Below are positions 40,601 to 49,600 of a stretch of 64,000 bases of DNA, piece after piece (position 1 is the first letter of the stretch; the number at the start of each line of letters is the position of its first letter). Both the position numbers and the translations under genes were made by a program. Location: IMG/VR virus record IMGVR_UViG_3300013101_002049, positions 1 through 64,000 of that record; one strand, given 5' to 3'. A model generated the notes under the pieces. That model saw nothing but the letters and a program-made list of their open reading frames with translations, did no database searches and had not been told where the DNA came from. This DNA comes from a virus.

Positions 40601-43600
40601 GATATTAGATCTGGGTTTGAAGTACTTGGGCAGTTAGCTGATAAATGGGGTGATTTAAATCAAGCTCAGAGATTAGCTATAGCTCAAGCTATTGGTGGTC
40701 GTCGTCATTATAATAGTTTAATTATTTTAATGGACCATTGGGGTGATGTATTAGATACATTACAAGATAGTATAAACTCAAAGGGCGCTGCTGAACGACG
40801 AAATGCTATCGTAATGGATACATATGCAAAGAAGCTCGAACAGGTAAGAGCATCTCTTACTGAATTACAAATTCAATTTGGTAAATTCGCATTACCTATA
40901 GCTAAAGGTGCATTAACTGGACTTAAATTACTTATTGAAACTATTTCAAATATACCTACATCTATTAAAGTAGCTTTTGCTGCTGTAGCTTCGTTCTTTA
41001 CTTTATTAACAAAAGGTGGTAGTTTGTTTGATAAAGTTGCTATGAGTTTTACTAGTTCTGGTAATATATTTGGAGATTTTATTAAGACTGCAAAATCTGA
41101 ATTAAGTAAAGGTGTGTATGAGATTTTTGGAGAAGGTATTGGTGGATTTAGTTTAGATAATGTATTTAAAGATATAAATACCGAAGGTTTGAAACAGTTT
41201 ACTGAAGCTACTAAGATGGGAGATCTTGAGTCGGGATTAGGTAAATCTGTATATGTACTTGCCAAAGTAGGTAGATCTTGGAATAATTTTTTAACTGATA
41301 TAACTAAAGGTAGTGCGTCCGCTACTAATAAAATAGCACATATGTTTGATTTTATAGGTGATAAGTTAATAATGGGAGGTGCGGCGTTAGGTGAAAAAGG
41401 TGGACCTGCGGGTATAATTACTGGAGCTTTAACAGCTGCTTTGGGATCTGTATCTGAAATGGCTGGTTATGGTACTGAGAAAGTAGCCAAGATGTTGGGA
41501 TTGACCGCTGAGCAAATGGCCAGATTGACTAGATCAAGCACTGGAGTTGTTGGCGCATTAGCACCTATGATAGGTTCATTTTTCGCTTTAAAACCTTTAT
41601 TGTCTGCTGCATGGGATAATTTTAAGAAATTAGCTTTATCAGCCAGTGATTATGAAAAATCTATGAGTGGTTTACGTATGCTTCATAGTGGTGAGTTAGA
41701 ACGTATAAAAGACCTTGGTTATGAATATGATAAGTTATCTAAACGAATGTCAGATATAAGCATTTCTATGCGACCAGATGTAAAAGCTCGTCAGCAAGAA
41801 AGAGAAGAATACAAAAGTCCGCTGCATGAATTAGGTAAGTTGTATGGTGAGGCTACTGATTATGGTAACAAATTAGCAGAAACTAATATTGATTTAGTTA
41901 GTGGATTTGATAAATTTGGTAATGCAATTTTAAAAACCACTGATAACATGAAAGGCTATTTGGAGGTATTAGAATCTGCACAGCAACGTAAAATGGCTGA
42001 AACTGAATTGGGTGTGTTAGGTGTTTATGTAAAAGATTTAACCAAAACTACTGGTTTGGAGTCATTTAAAAACGAGTTTAAAAAGTTTTTAGCTGAAATT
42101 CCAGTGATAGGTGAATCGTTAGCTAAAGCTATAAAAGTATCTCCTGCTAAATCTATAGAAGAATTAAGAGAAAAAGTAGAAGATTTAATAGCGTTAAGAA
42201 ATAAATATCCTTTGACTACTTCATTTGATATTGATTTAAATAAATATAATCAACAATTAGCTGAAGTTAGAAAGTCTTATAAACAGACTTATAATGATTT
42301 TTTAAGAACATTAAGTAATATTCCTGTCGAAGGTTTAAATCCAGCTCAAGTGTCTGAGATGTTTAGTAGACCTGAATTTAAGGAAGGTTTTGAAGTAATA
42401 GCCAATATAGAGCCAAGATTACAAACTGGTGCTTTAAGAGGTAAAGTAAATTGGCAAGATGTTCTTGGTACAGAGGTTCTTAAAAAGTTGTATCCGAGTA
42501 AGCCGTTAGATTTTACAGCACAGTTAACTAAAGGTTTGCTAGAACAAGCTAATATTAGTCCTAGAGACGCAGAAGCTTTTTCTGGTGATATTGTATTGTT
42601 TACGGATGAAATTGCTAAGAAATATGAAATGGCTGGTAACCAAGCCATTTTGAAAATGCAGGAAACTAGTGAAGGTATTGTTAAATGGACAGTACAATTT
42701 TTTGATAAAGAATTATCTACTATTAAAGAATTGCCATTTGATAAGGTATCCAAATTTGTAGATTCTATATTTCCAGTACAAGCAATATCTGATAGATTAT
42801 ATGAAAATATTGAAGTATTAAAAGAATTTGTAGCGGGTGCGGGTGCTGGTCTTCGTGGTATTACTGAAAAAACTTTTAAAAAAGATTTTAGTTTAGGAGA
42901 AAGATTTTTTAGCCAGTTACCTACAACTACGTTGCTACAAACTACTAAGGGGTATGAACCTGGGCGTGGTTTTGGTGAAGTGCCTTTTAAGTCAGGATGG
43001 GATAAATGGATAGATGATAATTTTTTCAAACCTATGACTGAATATACACGGCTGTTGGAACAATTAAAACCAGCTGATTTACCAACTGGTGAATCTGAAT
43101 TAGCACCAGGTCTTACAGAAGATATTGCTTCTCTTCAAGATATATTGAAAAATAATCAAGTTGTGCTACAATATAGAGCTGTTCATGAAGATTTAATAAA
43201 ATCCATATCTGAAGGTAGTCGAGTTTTAAAAGAAAATATTGCTGCTGAACGTAATAGAAATGAATATATTGTACAAAGTAGTGGTTATTTGAAGGGCCTT
43301 GCCGAAGATATGGCTGATGTTAATTTAGGGGTTAAAAAATATACTGATCTTACATTACAACAAAGACTAGCTTTGGCTGAAGTTGGTAGAAATATGCAGC
43401 CATTTACAACAGCACGTCAACAATATAGGGAAGGTACGGTAGAAAGACAATCGATAGTAGATTCTATAACTAATATAGATAAATCATTGATAGCTGTACG
43501 TGAAATAGGTGATGTAGCTAGAAGTTTTGGGGCTGCTTTACCTACTCAAGATCTTGCAAACTATATAGAAGAAATTGCTAAAACTGGTGATCGTGGTACT

Positions 43601-46600
43601 GGATTACTTCTTGGTGAAACAAAGAAAGTGGAAAGTAATACAGCTGCTACGGTAGAAAGATTAGACCAGATATTGGAACAAGGTGGTGACTCAGCTGCTA
43701 TTGAGCGGATTGTTGAACGTACCAGTGGTCGTCGTAATATTATAGATAAGTTGGAATACTTAACAGAAAGACGTAATAAAGCAGCTAAAAAAGATAACAC
43801 AGAATTAGTAACGACTTATGATAGAGCCATTGATAAACTTACCTCTAAACTTGTTAGTGAAGTTGGGCCAGAAAAAGCTCTCAAATATGTTGGCAAAAAC
43901 GCTCCAATGTTTTTTGGTAAGCAAGATTATACTCAGGCTGAGTTTATAAAAAGAGCACTTGGAAATACTAATTTTGAAGGATTTAGTAAAGCTTTAGAAA
44001 GAGTTCAGCCAGGTATAACTAAAACCAAAGAATTCACAGATCTTGTTGCACTACAACAAGAGCAGTCTACAGAACAGGTGGTAAGTAATAAAAATCTTCA
44101 GAAATTATTAGCTATATACAGTACTATAGAACATTTTAATAAGGTTTCAACTAATAGACAAATAAAAGCTTTAGATTCTCAATTAGGCGAACTTGAAGTT
44201 CAAAGAAAAGAATTACAAAAAGCTGGTACACCTACAGAAGATATAACAAATAAAATAGCTGAACTTACTACACAGCGCGGAGAACTTGCAACAAGAGCTT
44301 CTGGACAAGCTATGCGTGAGGTTATAGCTCCAATAGCACTAGCTTCGCAAGAAATAGCTAAATCGTTTGGTGTTACAGATAGACAGTTGCGTATACTTGG
44401 CGGAACTATTGGTGGTACTTATCTTGCTTGGAAAGCTTGGAATAAATTAACTGGAGAACCAATTCCAGAATATATAGAAGAACTCGGCGCTAAGTCAGCA
44501 GAAGCAGCGCAACGTATGTCTCAAGAAGGTATTTCTGGTAAGGCGTGGAGAACATATTATGCTGCTAAAGATGTTGTGTTTGGTAAAAATCTTGATGAAA
44601 AGTTAAAAGAAGCAGAGAAGAAAATTAAAGAAGAAAAAGTATTAACTGAAGAAGAAACAAAACGAGCTACAGAAAAGGTTATGTATGCCGGTAAAGGCAA
44701 AGAAGCCCCACTTTTATTAGAGAGCGGCATGACTGATAAAAAGAAACCCACTGATGTGCTTAAAGATATGTTGAAGGATTTTAAAAATGATTTTAAGCAG
44801 AGCGGTGAAACAATAATTCAAGGTGCGGAAAAAGCCGAAGATAGTGTTGTTACTGGGGCAGAGGGATTTATGAGTAGGCTTAAAAAAGCTATACCAGATA
44901 AAGAGAAATTTGGTGAACTTAAAGAGGCCATGAAAGATGTATTTAAAAAGTATTACGGTAAAGGGACTGCTACGGGGGCTGGTATATTAGGAAGTGCTGG
45001 CATATATTCAGAAGAAAAGGCTGCTGAACAGAGAGAAACTAGTGCCAAAATTATGTCGGAATTGCGTAGATTGATGCGTAAATATGGTATTAAGCCAGAA
45101 GAAGATACTGTTATTTTTGGTGGCGAACGTGCAGAAGAAAGCGAAGTTAGACGAGCTGGTAAAGCTGAAAGTTTAGGGCAGGCTGTTAGACGCGCTGTTG
45201 AATATACAAAAGCCAAAGACAAAGCCAGACCAGCGGAAGATAAAATATTAGACGAAAATTCTGCTCAAACTGGAATACTACATGGAATATATGAACAAAC
45301 TAAACGTACAGCCGAAAACACTAATACTTTCTCTGAGAATTTAAGCGATGAATTAAAAGCTGGACGTGAAGATCGTAGAGATGAAGTAGATAATATTTTA
45401 ACCAATGTTGATAAATTGAGAGGTGAATATTTAGAAAGAGCTGGGACTAGAGTTAGTCCATTGAAACAAATCGTAGCAGCTTTGTTGGCGGCTACTTCTG
45501 CTGGTTATGTAAGTGAAAAAAGTGAGCAGCGTCGAAGAAATAATGAGTTAGAAAATAGAGCTGAAAAACAAGTAGAGCTTGTTGATAATATTATAGAAAA
45601 ATATCCAGATGTTATTAGCAAAGCTATCGGTGATTTTAATACTACCATCGTAAATGCCGGAGAGGGTTTATCAGTTGAAACTGAAAAAGTTCAAAAAGCT
45701 GTTGATACTGAAGCCTCAGAAAAAACTATGGTAAGCCGATTGGAAGATTTGCGTAATCGTATGACTGAAGCATATGAGAGTGTGAATGAGTCTATGGAGG
45801 AAGCTGCACAACGAATGTCTGAATTAGAATTAGCAGAAGAAATGAAAAAACAGCTTGAAGATTTAGATAACGCTATAAAGAGTTCGACAGCTATACAAAA
45901 TCTTGAAAAAAAATTCAGCGTAGAAACTAGTGGTGTATTAGCTGGTAAACGTGCTCCGCAATTTCAACTTGGTACTCAGAGCATGTTAGATTTGTCTCCA
46001 GCTGAGTCATTAACATTTAAAGAAGATTATAGTAGACCTATAATGGGTAGTATTAAACGCACAATGAATAATTTCACAGGTGCTATTGGTTCTGTTTGGG
46101 AAAAAGCTATGGGGTCCATCGGTAATGCTATTAGCACTGTTACTTTACATATTTTTGATGACACCTATTCTGATTTAGCTGAACAATATGAGCAAGGCAC
46201 TTCTGAACTATCACATTTGATGGAGGTTGCGTCTAGTATAACTACTGAAATGACTGCATTACGAGCAGCTCCTATGACAGATGAATCAAAAGCTAGATAT
46301 GAAGCTTTAGAAGATAATCTCGGTGAAATAACTGATAGGATGGGTGATTTAAATGAAAGTTTGATCAAAACTTCTGTTAGTTTACAAAGTGTTATAGCTG
46401 CTGAAGAATTTCGTATTAGAACGCTTAAAACTGAAGTTGAAGCGAGTGCTAAATTTAGCCAAGCATATGTGGGCACTATGATTCCTACTGATCCTTTTAG
46501 TTATCTTGGTAAGCAGGGATTAGGAGCTGGGGGTTTTGATTTACAATTGGCTAAAACTTCTGATGAGTTAACTAATAGTGAAAGACTTTTATTAGAAGCT

Positions 46601-49600
46601 AGAAAATCTAATAACACTGATCTTATAGATAGTATACATAAATATACCGCATTAACTTCAGTATTGGATGGTCAGAAACAACAAGCTGCTGAAACCGCTG
46701 GAAAAATCAGTAAATTAATAATAGAGTATCGAGAGCAATCTAAGGTTTTAGGAATAAATCACGATAAAGTTAAATTGATTAAAAATAGTTTAGATTCTCA
46801 GATAAAGTCATATATGACTTTAAAAGACTCTATGGATAAACATATAGAATCATTGAAAGAATTAGATGCAGTGCAATCAGGTTTAAATTTTAGTAGATTG
46901 ATTAATGAATTGCAAGGACTTAAAAAGAGTTATTTAGAGACATCTAGAGCTAATGAATTTAAACGTATTACTGAGGGTGTGGATAAGATATTAGGTGGCT
47001 CGCATCCTTTGGCTAAAGTAGCTCCATCATACGCTGCTTTACAAGCTGGGGTACCGGAAGATCAATTGTTAAACATGAATAAATATCAATTGAGAATGGC
47101 AGAGTTAGTTGCTCAACCGGGGCCTGGGCCAACACTTGAACAGGTAAATGCCATTAGGTTTGGTAAAACAGTAGATGTATGGGCTTATGAGCAAGCTAAG
47201 CAAAATGATGAATTGAGACGTCAGCGTGAACAGGCAATTCAATATAACAATGCTTTTTCTAGAGCTATTAAAACCGCCGAAGCTACTGGAACTGAGCAGG
47301 ATGTAGCGAAATTGAGAGAATTACAAGGCGCTTTTATTAAAGAAGCTAAAACAATGTATGAAGTAAAAGAGGTTGATGAGAGCGGAGTACGTTATTATAA
47401 AGGTATAGATTTCGATAAATATATAAGAGCGAGTGAAGGTTTATTTAAAGATTTAGGTTTAGGGGATATGGAATCTAATGTAACTATGCCTATTGTTACT
47501 TCTATTGATAATAATACTAAAAGAATAATAGCAGCGCTTCAAGGCAAAGATCTTTATAAAGATACAGAGAGAGGCTTTTTCAGTAAACTTTTTGGATTTG
47601 GTAATGATGATTTGATTGATAAAAAACAATCTGGTGGGTTTATTACTGGTCCTGGAGGTCCGCGAGAGGATCGTGTATTAACTAGAGTAAGTCCTGGTGA
47701 ATATGTTATAAAAGCAAGTTCGGCAAAAAATATAGCTAATAAGTATGGAGCTGGTGTATTACATTCTATGAATAATACAGGTGAGATGCCTAAAGTTGCT
47801 AAAGGAGGATTAATACCTAGATTTCAAGACGGTGGTCGTCCTGATGAATTTATAAAAGCTTCTAGCACAGATGAAGTACCTGAAGGTATGGTTTATGATT
47901 ATGATTTAGGTGGTTTTAGAAAGAAAGTAACTATAGAGGATGTGGAAAGAACTCATTCTGAGGTCAAAGGCATGCTAAAAAGTATGGAAGCCTTTGATAG
48001 ATATTCACAAATGAAGGCAGAACAAGAAACCGAGGAATATATGGATCAGCTAGATGAAAAGATGAAGCAAAAATATTCCATTAGCGGTGTATTTAGGTCT
48101 TTAGGAGACAAACTAAGTGCTGCTCGTAAAAAAAATCAAGGGTTAGGATTTGATTTTTCTAAAGATAAAGGAACTGTTGGTAATATTGCTGAAGCTGTGG
48201 AAGGAGTAACCAGCACAGGTAAAGTGTTTTCTTTGGGAGTATTGGAATCTGTACCTAGATTATTCCAATGGGTTGCTCAGATTGGTGAGGGGATGTTTGG
48301 ATTAGGTAAAACAGCCATTACTAAAGGTACTAAAGCCGAAACTTATACAAAGGGTTTTAAAAATATAATTGATTTTTATACTAAGAAAGATGTATTGAAA
48401 GAAACAGGGTCTATACTTAAAGATACTGGTATCGGTTTAACTAAAGGTATAGGTGATATGTTTGTAAGACTAGGCGAAGGTGATATGACAGCCGCTTATG
48501 ATGTAGCTTCTTTGGTTGCTCCTATTAAAAGTGGAGCTGCTTTAAAATCAGGCAAGTTTTTTAAAGCAGGAAAACTTGCGCCTTCTAAGTATTACAAAGA
48601 GCTATTATCGAATAGAAGTACTGATACAATTGCTAAAAGTTATCGTAAATTGTTTCCTAATAAAAAGGTTTTTGAAGATACTATGGAAGCTTATTATAAA
48701 AAAGTTTATTCTGAAACGATGGATCCAAGTAAAATAGACGCGTCTATTCGTTTGATAAATGAAATTAGGAAAGGTGCTATAATTGAGCCGTCTTTAGGTG
48801 AAAAAGTAATGGGGGCAGGAATTGGAGTTAAAACTAAGGCTAGTGAAATTTTTAGTGGTATTAAATCTAAATCTAAAGATGCTTGGAGTTTTGGTAATAA
48901 AAATATTGATGAAGCAATACGCATTATGAGTGATAAGTCTAAGAAATATAGAAAGGGGTTTAGTGAAAAATATAAACAAGCTGGTGGTATATCTGGTATA
49001 GCTGATAAAGCGGCTAGTAATTTGAATAAATTTGATGATTGGGTGGATGAGCTTGTGAAATCAGCTGGCCCAAAAGTTTCTAGTATGGCAAATACTGCTA
49101 AAGAATATACTAAAACTGGTATTGGAAAAGCTAAAACTGCTGCATTTGGAGTAACTAAGAAAGCTGCTAAATATACGGCTTTAAAAGGACTGGATCTGTT
49201 AACACCAAGGTCACTTAAATGGTTGTATAATTTTATAAAAGAAAGACCAGAGATTTTTTCTGATATGGCAAAGAAAGGAAAGTCTTTTTATGAGTCATTT
49301 GCTAAAAAATTTAGCGGCAGCGAAAGTGCTGATTGGGGTAAAAAAGCTAGTGGTTTTTGGAACCGTTGGGATGCTGGAGAATATAGTAAAAAGTCTGGTA
49401 ATTATAGATGGAGATCAGGTTCTAGTGAAAAAGCAGAATCAGGTAGTTATAGAAATAGAAGAGATTTTTGGGAAGAGGGTTTAAAAAATGAGGATCCTGA
49501 AGCTTATAGAAAGTATCAACAGTATAAAGAAACCGCAAAGGAAAATATGCGTCGTCGCGCTGAGGAACAAGCGGCATATAAGAGTAGTCGAAAGTCAGCA